Below, in pieces: positions 45,676 to 56,248 of a DNA stretch of 64,000 bases. The stretch is from an uncultured Actinomycetota bacterium. GTDB taxonomy: Bacteria > Actinomycetota > Actinomycetes > Actinomycetales > Dermatophilaceae. Made by a program: the position numbers and the translations under genes. The stretch's first letter is position 1. Every line of letters begins with the position of its first letter. Location: assembly GCA_963806295.1 (NCBI GenBank), contig CAWDXP010000026.1, positions 127,924 through 191,923 on the forward strand, in the 5' to 3' direction. The notes beneath the pieces are model-generated. The model was not told the DNA's origin and made no database searches. It saw only the letters and a program-made list of their open reading frames with translations.

Positions 45676-46607
45676 CTACCGGCCGCGCACCGGCAGGTGG
45701 GTGGGCGTCGACATCCGCGCGCCGCGCCGGGGGCGGTGCAGGCCCGCCGAGCTCGAGGAGCCGCTGCACGCGGTAGCGGTGCCCGGCATACGGCTCGAGC
45801 AGCTCGGCCAGGCCGTCGTCGTCGACCGGGGTGCCGGTCAGGGCCCAGCCGATGTCCTTGGCGACGTGGTAGTCGCCGAAGCTCACCTCGTCGGGCAGCC
45901 CCAGGGCGCGCTGGGCCACCTCGGCCCAGGTCCAGCGGCCGATGCCGGGCAGCGCGGTGAGCCGGGCCCGGGCTCGGTCGGCGGGCAGGTCGACGCACTC
46001 CTCCAGGCGCCCGGCGCGGCCGACCGCGTGCACCACGGTGCGCGAGCGGCCGGGGTCGACGCCGGCGGCCAGCCACTCCCACGACGGGATGGCGGCCCAG
46101 CCGTGCGGGGTGGGCGGCACGGCGAGGCCGAGGTCCTCGCCGGGGCCCGGCGCCGGCTCGCCGAAGCGCCGCACCAGGCGGCGGTAGCCCGCGAAGGCCT
46201 CCTTGCCGGTGACCTTCTGCTCGATGACCGACGCCACCAGGGCCTGCACCACCAGGCCCGAGCGGGGCACCCGCCAGCCCGGGAACCGGCGCCACGCGTC
46301 GGCGACGGGTGGGTGGAGGGGGACGAAGCCGGTGGCGTCGTCGTGCTCGCCGAGCAGGTCGGGCACCTGCTCCAGGACCCAGGCGGCACCGCTCCCCCAG
46401 CGCCGTGGCGGTGACCTCGCCGAGGTCGGGGGCCGCGCGCAGGCGCAGGGTGACCGGCCCGTCGGGCGTGCGCCAGCCGAACCACCAGCCGGTGTCGTCG
46501 CGCCGGCTGGTGGGGTCGCCCCCGCCCCGCCGGAAGATGCCGACGACCGCGCCCAGCGGCACCGGGCGCGAGGTGCGCACGACCCGCTCGCGGCCGGTGG
46601 CGCCCAT
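45676..46607 (-). CDS. AlkA-like HhH-GPD DNA-3-methyladenine glycosylase (frameshifted)
   Basis: 'RRGGGDPT', 'IEQKVTGKEA', 'LPGIGRWT', 'DEVSFGDYH', 'PYAGHRYRVQRL'. Confidence 0.88.
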
Positions 46608-47424
46608 CAGCCCAGGTGGCGCGGGGGGACGCGCAGCGGCGGCCCCGCCGGGCGTGGACGCGCCCTTGAACGCCGCCCACACGTAGGTGGGCACCAGCGG
46701 CAGGGCGGCGCGGAACGCCGCCGGGGGCACCTTCGCCGCCCAGGAGGGCACGTTGTCGCCGGCGGCGAAGGCCACCGGGTCGGTGAGCACGGGCAGCGTG
46801 TAGTCCCAGACGTCGTAGGCCGCGAAGAGGCGCCGCAGCCCGGCCGGCGTGTAGTAGCGCTCGTAGTAGTGCTCGCCCTTGCCGGTGAGCCGCATGTAGC
46901 GGTCGGCCGCGCCGCGCGGCAGCCACGACAGGAACGGCAGCCGGTGGTGCGGCTCGACCACCTGCCAGCGGTGCCCGATGCCGAGGTAGAGCAGCCCGCC
47001 CGGGCGCAGCACGCGGTGGATGTCGGCCACGACCGCCTCGGGGTCGACGACGTGCTCGTAGATGTGGTTGAGCACCGCGACGTCGACCGAGTCGTCGTCG
47101 AAGGGCAGGTCCTCGCCGCGGGCCAGCCGGAAGTCGACCCGCTCGCCGAAGCGCGCCCGGGCCTTCTCCAGCCCCGGCTCGTCGATGTCGACCCCGCTGG
47201 TGCTCGCCCCGGCCAGCGCCAGCTCGTCGGCGATGAACCCGGCCGAGCAGCCGACGTCGACCGCGCGCAGCCCCTGCGAGCGACGGCACCCCGAGCGCGT
47301 GCCGCACGACCGCGACGATCTTGGCGGCCTTCTGGCGCCGGCCCTCCTCGTCGAGCATCTTGGCCATGATCTCGGAGTAGGCGAGCTGCTCCTCGCGGTC
47401 GCCGGGCCCAGCGGAGTCGGTCAC
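46607..47424 (-). CDS. Class I SAM-dependent methyltransferase (frameshifted)
   Basis: 'VDVGCSAG' motif I in the shifted frame, 'LPFDDDSVDV', 'NHIYEHV..HRVLRPGG', 'EPHHRLPFLSWLP'. Confidence 0.85.
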
Positions 47425-48357
47425 GTCGTCGATCCTAGGAGGTGGTGCCGACGTCCCCACGCCCATGCGCCACCCGCGAGCAGCAGGTCGGCGAGCACCG
47501 CGAGGAAGCGCGCCACGACCACCACCGCGGTGGCGGCCGGCAACGGCATCAGGGTGACGAGCAGCAGCGCGAGCACGCCGTCGCGCACCCCGACGCCGGC
47601 GGGCACCAGGATGCTGAACATCCCGGCCGCGGAGGCGAGCGCGAAGCCACCGATGCAGGTCACCAGCAGCGGCCCGAGCGGCGCCTCGGGTGCGACGCTG
47701 CGGGCGAGCACGAAGGTGCCCATGCCGGTGGAGACCCACGCGGCGACGAACCACGCCGAGGTGAGCGCCACGGCCCGCCCGGACAGGTCGTGCTCGAGCG
47801 GCTCGCGACGCAGCAGCCGCAGGCCGCGGGCGATGATCGCGTTGAGCAGCCGGGGCCAGAGCAGCACGCAGCCCAGCGCCACGGCCAGCACGACCCACCA
47901 CCACGAGAACGCGTCGCCGCGCGACGCGACGAGCGGCTGCACCGCCGGGATGCCGAGCAGGCAGCCGGTGAGCACCGCGAGACCGATCGACAGGATGCCG
48001 ACCACGGCCATCCGCCGCCGCGGCACCTGCAGCTTGGCGCCCATCTCGGCCTGGGCGACGACGGTCCACACCGAGCCCGGGCAGGTACTTGCCGAGCTGC
48101 CCGACGAGGAACACGCTCGACGCCGGTGGGAGCGCCAGGTGGGTGCCGAGGTCCTCGAGCAGCACCCGCCAGCCCATCAGGGTGAGGATCGGCGCGAGGG
48201 TGACCAGCGCGAACGCGCCGAGCACCACCGGCACGCTCAGCTTGCGCAGCTGGCCGCACACCTCCTGCCAGTTCGCCCACAGCGCGATGACGCAGGCCAC
48301 CACGATGACCACGAGCAGGGCGATCCGCAGGGCGTTGAGCGCCTTGGCCTTGTTCAC
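47421..48357 (-). CDS. Lysylphosphatidylglycerol-synthase-TM (flippase-like) membrane protein (frameshift near 48075)
   Basis: 'FLVGQLGKYLPG', 'PAGVGVRDG', about 8 TM helices. Confidence 0.85.
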
Positions 48358-48405
48358 ACGTTCACCGGTCCACCGGTTCGCCCGTGCCCCGGGGCGTCCG
48401 CGCGC

Positions 48406-50283
48406 TCACCGGCGGCGGAAGGTCAGCCGCAGCACGGCATACGCCGGTGCGTCACCCCCGGCGGCCTCGGTGCGGGCGTCACGCATCCGGTCGAGCACGT
48501 CGCCGTCGACGTCGCCGACCAGCTTCAGCCCGAGGTCGTCGGCGCGGGCGAGGATGCCGCGCACGCCGGCCGGGCGCACGGCGAAGTCGGGGTCGTCGTC
48601 GCCGATCGGCACGGTGAGCACGAGCAGCCCGCCCGAGCGCAGCGCCCAGGAGGCCTGGCCGAGGGCGTGGTCGACGTCGGAGGCCGTGCACCCGCCGGGG
48701 TGCAGCCGGGTGATGACGTCGAGGCTGGCGGTGTCGACGTCGAGCACCTCGACGGCGGCCCGCTGACCGGTGAGCTCGAGCTCGACCGGGGCGAACCCGA
48801 CCGCGCGCGACCAGCGGCCCATCGGGCTGCCGCTGCCGCTCTCGTCGACGACGACCGACGAGCGGTGCCCGTCGTCGCGGATGCGCACGATCGCGGCGAG
48901 CGCCCCCAGGGCCGACCAGGCAGCGACCGGCTCGCCCGGGCGGGGCAGGCCGAGCGCGCGGGCGATGCCCACGGCGTCGCGGGCGTCGTCGTCGACGGCG
49001 AGCAGGTCGGTGGCGCGCACCCGCTCGGGGATGTCGGAGGGGACGAGGTCGACCACGGGACCACGGCGGGCCCGGATGCCGGCCACGGTCGCCCGGGCGC
49101 GCGCCACCGGGCCGAGCGGCACGACGGGACGGGTCGGCTCGACCTCGACCGGGGCGGCGGCGAGCGCCTCGATGCCGCCGACGTAGTTGGCCCACGGGCC
49201 GGACAGGTCGGGGGGGCGCACCTCGGCGCGCAGCCGGTCGACGACACCCGGCTCGGCGAGGCGGCGCAGGGCGGCGACGAGCGCCTCCCGGTCGGACGGC
49301 GGCACGAGCAGGCCGTCGATGCCGTCGCGCACCTGCTCGGGGAAGGTGCCGACCGCGCTGGCCAGCACCGGCACGCCGTGGCTCAGCGCCAGCAGGGCGT
49401 TCTGCGACGCGGTGGCGGTGCGGTAGGTCAGCGCGACGACGTCGTGGTGCGCCATCAGCTGCGGGATCCGTTCGGCCGGAACGTAACCCGGGTGCACCTC
49501 GACGCGACCCGCGAGGCGCGGGTCGGCGGCCAGGTCGCGGACCTTGCGGCCGGCATCCCCCCACAGCTCGCCGGCGACGGTGAGCCGCAGGTCGGGCACG
49601 TCGCGCAGGGCGTCGACGAGCAGGTCGACGCCCTTGTAGTCGCGCACGATGCCGAGCGCCAGCAGGCGGGGCGGGCCGGCGTGCTCGGGGCGCGGCAGCG
49701 CGGGGCCACCGGGCAGGTGCGGCGGGAGGGCGAGCTCGCGCACGTGCGAGGCGCCGAGCTCGGCGGCGAGGCGGGCCTGCTCGTCGGAGTGCACGACGAC
49801 GGCGTCGACGCGGCGCAGGAGCGCCTCCATCAGCTGCCGGTCGCCGGGGTGGCCCTCGTGCGGCAGCACGTTGTGCGCGATGAGCACGGTGCGCGGGCCC
49901 TGCCCGGTCGAGGTGGTGCGCCCGACGCCGGCCGCCCGCAGCAGCGCGAGGTGCGCGGGGACGACGGCGGGGATGACGTGGACGACGATGATGACGTCGA
50001 CGTCGCGCAGCCGGCGGCCGGCCCGCACCCAGGTGTCGGGGCGCGCCCACGACAGCACCCGCAGGCTGCGCGGGAAGGGCTCGACGTCGGCCGAGCCGCC
50101 GGGCACCGACTGCTCGCCGGGGTAGAGCGCCGTGGGGTAGAGGTGGCTCCACGACACGAGCGTGACGTCGTGCCCGGCATCGGTCAGCTCGTGCGCCAGC
50201 GCCGTGGTGTGCGCGGCGACCCCGCCCTTGTAGGGGTGGGTGGGCCCGACCAGCGCGACCTTGAGCGAGGCGCTGTCAGACAC
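48406..50283 (-). CDS. GT4 glycosyltransferase with C-terminal methyltransferase-like extension
   Basis: 'GPTHPYKGGVAAHT', 'AHNVLPHE', 'GIVRDYKGVD', 'YRTATASQN..GVPVLAS..DGIDGLLVPPSD'. Confidence 0.9.
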   Translation of the reverse strand: MSDSASLKVALVGPTHPYKGGVAAHTTALAHELTDAGHDVTLVSWSHLYPTALYPGEQSVPGGSADVEPFPRSLRVLSWARPDTWVRAGRRLRDVDVIIVVHVIPAVVPAHLALLRAAGVGRTTSTGQGPRTVLIAHNVLPHEGHPGDRQLMEALLRRVDAVVVHSDEQARLAAELGASHVRELALPPHLPGGPALPRPEHAGPPRLLALGIVRDYKGVDLLVDALRDVPDLRLTVAGELWGDAGRKVRDLAADPRLAGRVEVHPGYVPAERIPQLMAHHDVVALTYRTATASQNALLALSHGVPVLASAVGTFPEQVRDGIDGLLVPPSDREALVAALRRLAEPGVVDRLRAEVRPPDLSGPWANYVGGIEALAAAPVEVEPTRPVVPLGPVARARATVAGIRARRGPVVDLVPSDIPERVRATDLLAVDDDARDAVGIARALGLPRPGEPVAAWSALGALAAIVRIRDDGHRSSVVVDESGSGSPMGRWSRAVGFAPVELELTGQRAAVEVLDVDTASLDVITRLHPGGCTASDVDHALGQASWALRSGGLLVLTVPIGDDDPDFAVRPAGVRGILARADDLGLKLVGDVDGDVLDRMRDARTEAAGGDAPAYAVLRLTFRRR

Positions 50284-51427
50284 CGTCTCTCGACCTCACC
50301 ACGAGGTCGGAGAGCAGCGCCAGGCTGGCGATCATGATGCCGCTGACGATGAGCAGCACCGTGCTCGCCGGGAAGTAGAAGGGGTGGCGGACCATGTCGA
50401 CGACCGCCTTGACCAGGCCGATCACGATCATCCACAGCGCCGGGGGCATGAGCACCTTGAGCGGGTCGAAGTACATGACCATGCGCAGCACCTGGAGGAT
50501 GTAGCGGTAGGCGTCGTTGACGAAGTGGAACTTGCTGACCCCCGCCCGCTTCGCGTAGCTCGTCTCGACGTACTTGATGTCGTGCTGGTTGCTGAGGAAC
50601 GCGATGGTGATGGTCGTGACGCACGAGAACCCCGCCGGCAGCAGGCGCAGGTAGGGCAGGGAGACGTCGCGGCGGAACGCGCGCAGGCCGGAGTTGAGGT
50701 CGGGGATCTTGGTCTTGGTCAGCCACTCCGCGACCTTGCGGATGAACCACTTCGCCGGCACGCGGGCCCACTTGTGGGTGCCCTCCTCGGTGGTGCGGGC
50801 CCCGACGACCTGGTCGTAGGTGGCGTCGTCGCGCAGCACGCGCACCAGCTCGGGGATGCGCTCGTTCTCGTAGGTCATGTCGGCGTCGGTCCACACCACG
50901 ATCTCGCCGCGGGCCTGCTGGGTGCCGATCCGGCGGGCGGTGCCCGACCCGCCGTTGCGGCGGAACGGCAGGATGCGCAGGTGGGGGTAGGTGCCCTGGG
51001 CCCGGCGGAGCACCTCGAGGGTGTCGTCGGTGCTCGCGTCGTCGATGCAGAGCACCTCGTAGGTGAGCTCGCTGGCCTGCATCGTGGCGGTGATGCGGTC
51101 GAGCTCCTGGAGCACGTGGGCGCCCTCGTTGTAGCAGGGCAGCACGATGGTGACGTAGGGCGCCGGGCCGGGGCCTGCGGCGACGTCCTCGATGGGGTAG
51201 GTCGGGTGGCCGGGTCGGGCGCCGGGGGCGCTCGGGGTGAGGGTGCCCTCGCCGGCGACCTGCGCGCCGGCCTCGGGCGGCGACGTCACGGCATCCGGGG
51301 TGACGCTCTGCAGCCGGGTGGCGGCGGCCGGGTCGTCGCTGCGACCGGCCTGCTCGCCGGCGCGCACCGTGATCTTCTCGGTGGGGGCGGCATGGAGGTG
51401 GTCGTGGTCGCGCTGGTGCTCAGTCAT
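50276..51427 (-). CDS. GT2 polyprenol-phosphate glycosyltransferase-like
   Basis: 'VLPCYNE', 'IDDASTD', 'WTDADMTY', 'DLNSGLR', two C-terminal TM helices. Confidence 0.92.
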   Translation of the reverse strand: MTEHQRDHDHLHAAPTEKITVRAGEQAGRSDDPAAATRLQSVTPDAVTSPPEAGAQVAGEGTLTPSAPGARPGHPTYPIEDVAAGPGPAPYVTIVLPCYNEGAHVLQELDRITATMQASELTYEVLCIDDASTDDTLEVLRRAQGTYPHLRILPFRRNGGSGTARRIGTQQARGEIVVWTDADMTYENERIPELVRVLRDDATYDQVVGARTTEEGTHKWARVPAKWFIRKVAEWLTKTKIPDLNSGLRAFRRDVSLPYLRLLPAGFSCVTTITIAFLSNQHDIKYVETSYAKRAGVSKFHFVNDAYRYILQVLRMVMYFDPLKVLMPPALWMIVIGLVKAVVDMVRHPFYFPASTVLLIVSGIMIASLALLSDLVVRSRDGV

Positions 51428-51486
51428 CGCCGGGAAGCCTACCGGCGCGGACTGCACCCACCCGCCGCCGTGCTCGGTGCAGCGCC

Positions 51487-52494
51487 TCAGTCCGCGTTGT
51501 CGATGAGGCGCGCGACGGCCTTCTCGACGGCGGCCTGGCGCTTGGTGTCGTCGCGGTGCTTCGTGGCCAGGGTCGCGGCGATGGTGACGCCGGACTCGTA
51601 CTGGTCGATCACCCGCGGGTCGATGTAGGACTTGCGGGCGATCGTCGGGGTGTTGCCGAGGTAGGCGGAGACCTCCTCGACGGCCGCCTTGACCGCGCGC
51701 TTCTGCGAGGCCTTGGTGTCGCCCTGCTCCGGGCTCTGCGCCAGGGCCACCGCGGCGAGCACGGTGGCGTGCCAGGTGCGGAAGTCCTTGGCGGTGAGGT
51801 CCTCGGCGACCATCTGGGCGATGTAGCCGTTGACCGCCGAGGCGTCGAGGTCGGCCCAGCGCGCCTCGCCGCGGTAGGCGAGCAGCCGGGCGGAGCCGCC
51901 GCGGCGCTTGCGCATCAGGTTGAGCGACTCGATGACGTGGGGGTCGCTGATGGTGATCGAGTGCTCGATGCCCGACTTGCCGACGAAGCTGAAGACGAGG
52001 TCCTGGCCCCGGCGGCGCACGTGGCGGCGCTCGAGGGTGGTGAGGCCGAAGGAGCCGTTGGCGTCGGCGTAGGCGTCGCTGCCGATGCGGAAGTAGCCGA
52101 GGTCGAGGAGGCGGGTGGCGGTCGCGGCGGCGCGGCTGAGCGGCATCCCCTCGGCGCGCAGGTCCTCGATCATCCGCTCGCGCGCCCGGGCCAGGCGGGC
52201 GCCGGCCAGCTTGACCCGGTCGAACTTCAGCTGGTCGCGCTTGGTGCGCCAGTCGGGGTGGTAGAGGTACTGGCGGCGGCCGGCGTCGTCGGTGCCGAGG
52301 GCCTGGATGTGGCCGTTGGGGTAGGGGCAGATCCACACGTCGCGCCACGCGGGTGGGATGGCGAGCGATCGGATCCGCTCGACCTCCGCGGCGGGCAGGC
52401 GCTGCCCGTCGGAGTCGAGGTAGGCGAAGCCCTTCCCGGCCCGGCGGCGGGTCCACCCCTTCATCTGCGGGGACACCCGCCGCAACCGCGCCAT
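51487..52494 (-). CDS. Bacterial DNA topoisomerase IB
   Basis: 'LAIPPAWRDVWIC..GHIQALGTDDAGRRQYLYH', 'GYFRIGS', 'FVGKSG', 'AKDFRTW', 'LGNTPTIARKSYIDP'. Confidence 0.95.
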   Translation of the reverse strand: MARLRRVSPQMKGWTRRRAGKGFAYLDSDGQRLPAAEVERIRSLAIPPAWRDVWICPYPNGHIQALGTDDAGRRQYLYHPDWRTKRDQLKFDRVKLAGARLARARERMIEDLRAEGMPLSRAAATATRLLDLGYFRIGSDAYADANGSFGLTTLERRHVRRRGQDLVFSFVGKSGIEHSITISDPHVIESLNLMRKRRGGSARLLAYRGEARWADLDASAVNGYIAQMVAEDLTAKDFRTWHATVLAAVALAQSPEQGDTKASQKRAVKAAVEEVSAYLGNTPTIARKSYIDPRVIDQYESGVTIAATLATKHRDDTKRQAAVEKAVARLIDNAD

Positions 52495-52605
52495 GCCGGG
52501 ACCCTACCCACGGCCGGGGCCGACAACCGGGCTCGTCAGCGGGCGTCGACGGGCGCCGGCGGCGACCCATTTGGCGCCCCTCGCCGCGTGTGACACGGTT
52601 GCCTC

Positions 52606-53401
52606 ATGCCGGGCCTGTCGACAGACGCCGTACTCGACCTCCTGCGTGAGGTCGCCGCCGAGGTCATCACGCCTCGCTTCCGCTCGCTCTCGGCGGGTGA
52701 GGTCATGGAGAAGAACCCCGGCGACCTCGTCACGGTCGCCGACCGCGAGGCCGAGGAGCTCATCACCGCCCGGCTCGTCGCCGCCTACCCGGATGCCGTC
52801 GTGCTCGGCGAGGAGGCGTTCGCCGCCGACCACTCGCTGATGGACCACTACCTCGCGGCCGACCACGCGTTCACGGTCGACCCGGTCGACGGCACCAAGA
52901 ACTTCGTGCACGGCTCCCCCGACCACGCGGTCATGGTGGCCGAGACCGTCGGCGGCGAGACCGTGCGCGCCTGGATCTGGCAGCCCGAGCACGAGGTGGC
53001 CTGGGTGGCCGAGCTCGGCGCCGGCACCTGGCGCGACGGCACCCGGATGCACACCACCCCGGTGCCCGACCGACCGTGACCCGCAGGGCGTCACCTCGAT
53101 GTGGGCGATGCGCGACCAGCGGCTGGGCGACCTGCCGGCCATGCGGCTGTCCTGGGTGTGCTGCGGCGTCGACTACCCCAAGCTCATCGAGGGCGCCACC
53201 GACTACATCGTCTACAGCCGCTCCAACCCGTGGGACCACGCGCCGGGCAGCCTGCTCGTCACCGAGGCCGGCGGCTCGGTCGGCCACCCGGACGGCACCC
53301 CCTACGGCCCGCGGTCGCTGCGGCCCGGGCTCGTGGTCGCCGTCGACCGCCCCACGTATGCCGTGGTGCAGCGCCGCGTCGCACCCGTCTTCGCCCGCTG
53401 A
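52606..53401 (+). CDS. Inositol monophosphatase family protein (frameshift near 53075)
   Basis: 'DLVTVADREAE', 'LGEE', 'VDPVDGTKNF', 'PWDHAPG..EAGG'. Confidence 0.92.
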
Positions 53402-53413
53402 CCGCCGTCCCGA

Positions 53414-53600
53414 CCCGAGTCGGGTGCCGGAACGGTCGCCAGGGCAGCCACTTGGGCACCCAAGCCCGGATGGTGTGCGGGCCGGCGTCCGCCCGAGTCG
53501 GGTGCCGGAACGGTCGCCAGGGCAGCCACTTGGGCACCCAAGCCCGGATGGTGGGCGGCCGGCGCCGCCCGAGTCGGGTGCCGGAACGGTCGCCAGGGCA
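53414..53600. repeat. Palindromic tandem repeat, 62-bp core x2 plus a 33-bp partial copy (REP-like)
   Basis: Core CCCGAGTCGGGTGCCGGAACGGTCGCCAGGGCAGCCACTTGGGCACCCAAGCCCGGATGGTG at 53414 and 53492, partial at 53568. Stem GGGTGCC/GGCACCC. Lies between convergent genes. Confidence 0.93.
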
Positions 53601-53644
53601 CAGGCCCACGTGGTGGGCGACCGCAGGAGCCCTGGTGTGTCGGG

Positions 53645-55786
53645 TCAGGGGGCCGGGGCGAGCCAGACGCGGATCGGCAGGGGGTCGGTGCGCGAAGGCT
53701 TGTTCTCCAGGACGTGCTCGTCCTCGCGCACCGTGGTGTTGACGACCTGGTTCGGGGTGACCCCCAGCGCGGTGATGGCGTCGGCGGAGTCGGCCGACAG
53801 CAGCACCAGCCGCAGGCCGCGGGCGGCCAGCTGGTCGCGAAGGGCAGTGACCGTGGCGCCGAGCTCCCCCGGGTCACCCCGCAGCCCGGACGTGGTCGAC
53901 AGCGCCGGCACCCCGCACATCCCGCGCACCACCTGGGGCCACTCGTTGGCCGCCCGCGAGTCGACGGCGAGCACGACGTCGGTCTCGGGGTCGAGCCGCT
54001 CGCACACCGACGCGACCGCGGCCAGCGAACCACGCTCGACCCCGCCGGCCCGGTGCGGCCAGGTGGCGGCTGCGGCCGGCACGACCACCAGCGCCCCGAC
54101 GACCACGGCCACGACCACCCCCACCCATCGGCGACCCGAGGCGGCCGCCCGGCGCAGCACCCAGGCCAGCCCGGTGGACACCAGCGCCACGACCAGCGGC
54201 AGCGCGATGAGCAGCCGGCGGTCGGCCCACGGGTGGTCGGGCGTGATGCCGGGGCGCGCGAGGGTGAGCAGCGTCGACCCGGCGGCCACGAACAGCGCGG
54301 GCAGCCAGGCGTCGACCCGGCGCGACTCCGCCGAGAGCACGGCCCGCCGCACCAGCACGGCCAGCACGACCAGCGCCACCGCCAGGGCCACCGGCCCGAC
54401 GTACCAGGACAGCCACGCCACGCTCTGCTCGGCGTAGGTGCGCCCGCCGTCGACCGGCAGCCCCTGCCGCGCCTGCATGCCCGCGACGTAGCGCGACCCC
54501 GGGTCGTCCGGGCTCTGCCGCACGGTCTGCCAGAGCGGCCGGCTCGCGAGGTAGAGCCCGGCCACCACGACCGCGCCCGCGGCCAGGTCGGGGAGCCGGC
54601 GCACCACGAGCGACGGCAGCCGCCAGCCACGTCGCCACAGCGCGAGGGCCACCCACGACCCACCACCGATCAGCACCCCCAGTGCCAGCAGCGGCAGCAG
54701 GCTGCCCGCGATCGACACGAGGTACTGCCACGACAGGCCGACCGCGGCCACCGCCGCAACCAGCAGCGACCCCGCTAGCCCGACGAGCACCGGCCTCGTC
54801 CAGCGAGTGCCGAACGCCGCGCCCAGGGCCAGCACCGGCAGCAGGAGCACGACCTCGCGCAGGGCGTCGACCCGCACCAGCCCGGTGCCGCCGACGAGCA
54901 CCCCCGCCAGCAGGCCGGCGCGTGCCGAGGCGTCGCGCAGCACCAGCGAGCGCAGCGGCGCCCGGTCGAGCACCATCCCCTGCGACGACGCGTCGCCCAC
55001 GAAACCGGCGGGCACGGCACCCGGTTCGACCTCGCCGGCCCCCGCCGCATCCCGACCCGCGGCGACGGCGAGGGTGACCGCCAGCAGCCCGGCCGTCAGG
55101 GTCAGCATCGCCAGCGGCTCGGAGTAGGTCGCGCGCGCCGTGTGCACCACCGGGAAGAGGATGCCGGTCACGGCCGCGGTCGCGACCCCCACCCATGCGC
55201 CGGCCACCCGCGCGACCAGCAGGCCGAGCGCCAGCAGGGCCAACCCCATGGCCAGGGCCGGCAGCAGCATGGCCACGCCGGCTCCCCCGGCCCACCACCC
55301 GAAGGCGTGGACCACGGCCGGCCCCACGACGAACTGCGGCTGCACGGCGGGTGACGCGCTCGTCCCCACCTCGAAGAACGCCGGACTGGCGAGCGTCACT
55401 CCCGGCAGCTCGAGCACCCCCGACCCCCCGATCGAGTCGGCGTCGACCGCCACCACCCGCGAGTGCGTCTGCGCCAGGCTGACCGCGGCCTGCAGGTTGC
55501 TCGCGGCGTCGCGCCGTGGCAGCACCTGCTCGGAGTGCGTCGCGCCGGCCCACACGGCGAACCCCACGACCACGGCCACCAGCGCCACCGAGGCCGCGAC
55601 CGGCATCCGCACCGGCGGGAGCAGGCGCACGCACCACCAGCACCCCACCGCGAGCGCCAGCGCCACGGGCCACGCGACCCACGGCGACCACCAGCCGAGC
55701 GCGGACAGGGCCGCGGCGGCGGCGCTCACCGCGACGACCCAGAGGGCCGCGCCGACGGTGAGCGCGGGGAGGAGGCGGGCCCTCAC
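53645..55786 (-). CDS. GT-C-like polytopic membrane glycosyltransferase
   Basis: 'HSEQVLPRRDAASN', 'RATYSEP', 'LVRVD', 'RTYAEQS', 'PGITPDHPWADRR'. Confidence 0.7.
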   Translation of the reverse strand: MRARLLPALTVGAALWVVAVSAAAAALSALGWWSPWVAWPVALALAVGCWWCVRLLPPVRMPVAASVALVAVVVGFAVWAGATHSEQVLPRRDAASNLQAAVSLAQTHSRVVAVDADSIGGSGVLELPGVTLASPAFFEVGTSASPAVQPQFVVGPAVVHAFGWWAGGAGVAMLLPALAMGLALLALGLLVARVAGAWVGVATAAVTGILFPVVHTARATYSEPLAMLTLTAGLLAVTLAVAAGRDAAGAGEVEPGAVPAGFVGDASSQGMVLDRAPLRSLVLRDASARAGLLAGVLVGGTGLVRVDALREVVLLLPVLALGAAFGTRWTRPVLVGLAGSLLVAAVAAVGLSWQYLVSIAGSLLPLLALGVLIGGGSWVALALWRRGWRLPSLVVRRLPDLAAGAVVVAGLYLASRPLWQTVRQSPDDPGSRYVAGMQARQGLPVDGGRTYAEQSVAWLSWYVGPVALAVALVVLAVLVRRAVLSAESRRVDAWLPALFVAAGSTLLTLARPGITPDHPWADRRLLIALPLVVALVSTGLAWVLRRAAASGRRWVGVVVAVVVGALVVVPAAAATWPHRAGGVERGSLAAVASVCERLDPETDVVLAVDSRAANEWPQVVRGMCGVPALSTTSGLRGDPGELGATVTALRDQLAARGLRLVLLSADSADAITALGVTPNQVVNTTVREDEHVLENKPSRTDPLPIRVWLAPAP

Positions 55787-56187
55787 GACCCCAGGCTGGC
55801 GATGTGCTCGATGATGCCGGTGGTCGACACCGACGGCGTGCGCGGCAGGTAGACCACCTCGCAGACGTCGCTCACCCAGTCGAACTTGCCGGCCCAGTCG
55901 TCGCCCATGACCAGCACGTCGGCGCCGTGCTCGAGGATGTAGTCGCGCTTGAGCTCGAGGGACTCCTCGACGAAGACCTCGTCGACCACCCGCAGGCTGG
56001 CCACGATCTCCATCCGCTCGTCCTGGCTGTAGACCGGCGCCCGGCCCTTCTTGGCGATGTTGAGCGCGTCGGCCGAGACCCCCACGACGAGCTTGTCGCC
56101 CAGCGCCGCGGCGCGCTGCAGCACCCGGATGTGACCGACGTGGAACACGTCGAAGGTGCCGAAGGTGATGACCGTGCGGGCGCTCAT
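55783..56187 (-). CDS. tagD: Glycerol-3-phosphate cytidylyltransferase-like
   Basis: 'TFGTFDVFHVGH', 'VGVSADALN..KKG', 'MGDDWAGKFD', 'YLPRTPSVSTT'. Confidence 0.88.
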   Translation of the reverse strand: MSARTVITFGTFDVFHVGHIRVLQRAAALGDKLVVGVSADALNIAKKGRAPVYSQDERMEIVASLRVVDEVFVEESLELKRDYILEHGADVLVMGDDWAGKFDWVSDVCEVVYLPRTPSVSTTGIIEHIASLGS

Positions 56188-56248
56188 GGCAGCGAGCCTA
56201 GTGGCCGTGGGCCGGTGCCCCCGCCCGCCTCGCACTAGGGTCGCGACG

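Noticed and set aside
53414-53600. Possible CRISPR array
   Set aside because: The 62-bp repeat is too long, the 14-16-bp linkers are too short and similar to each other, and there are no cas genes.
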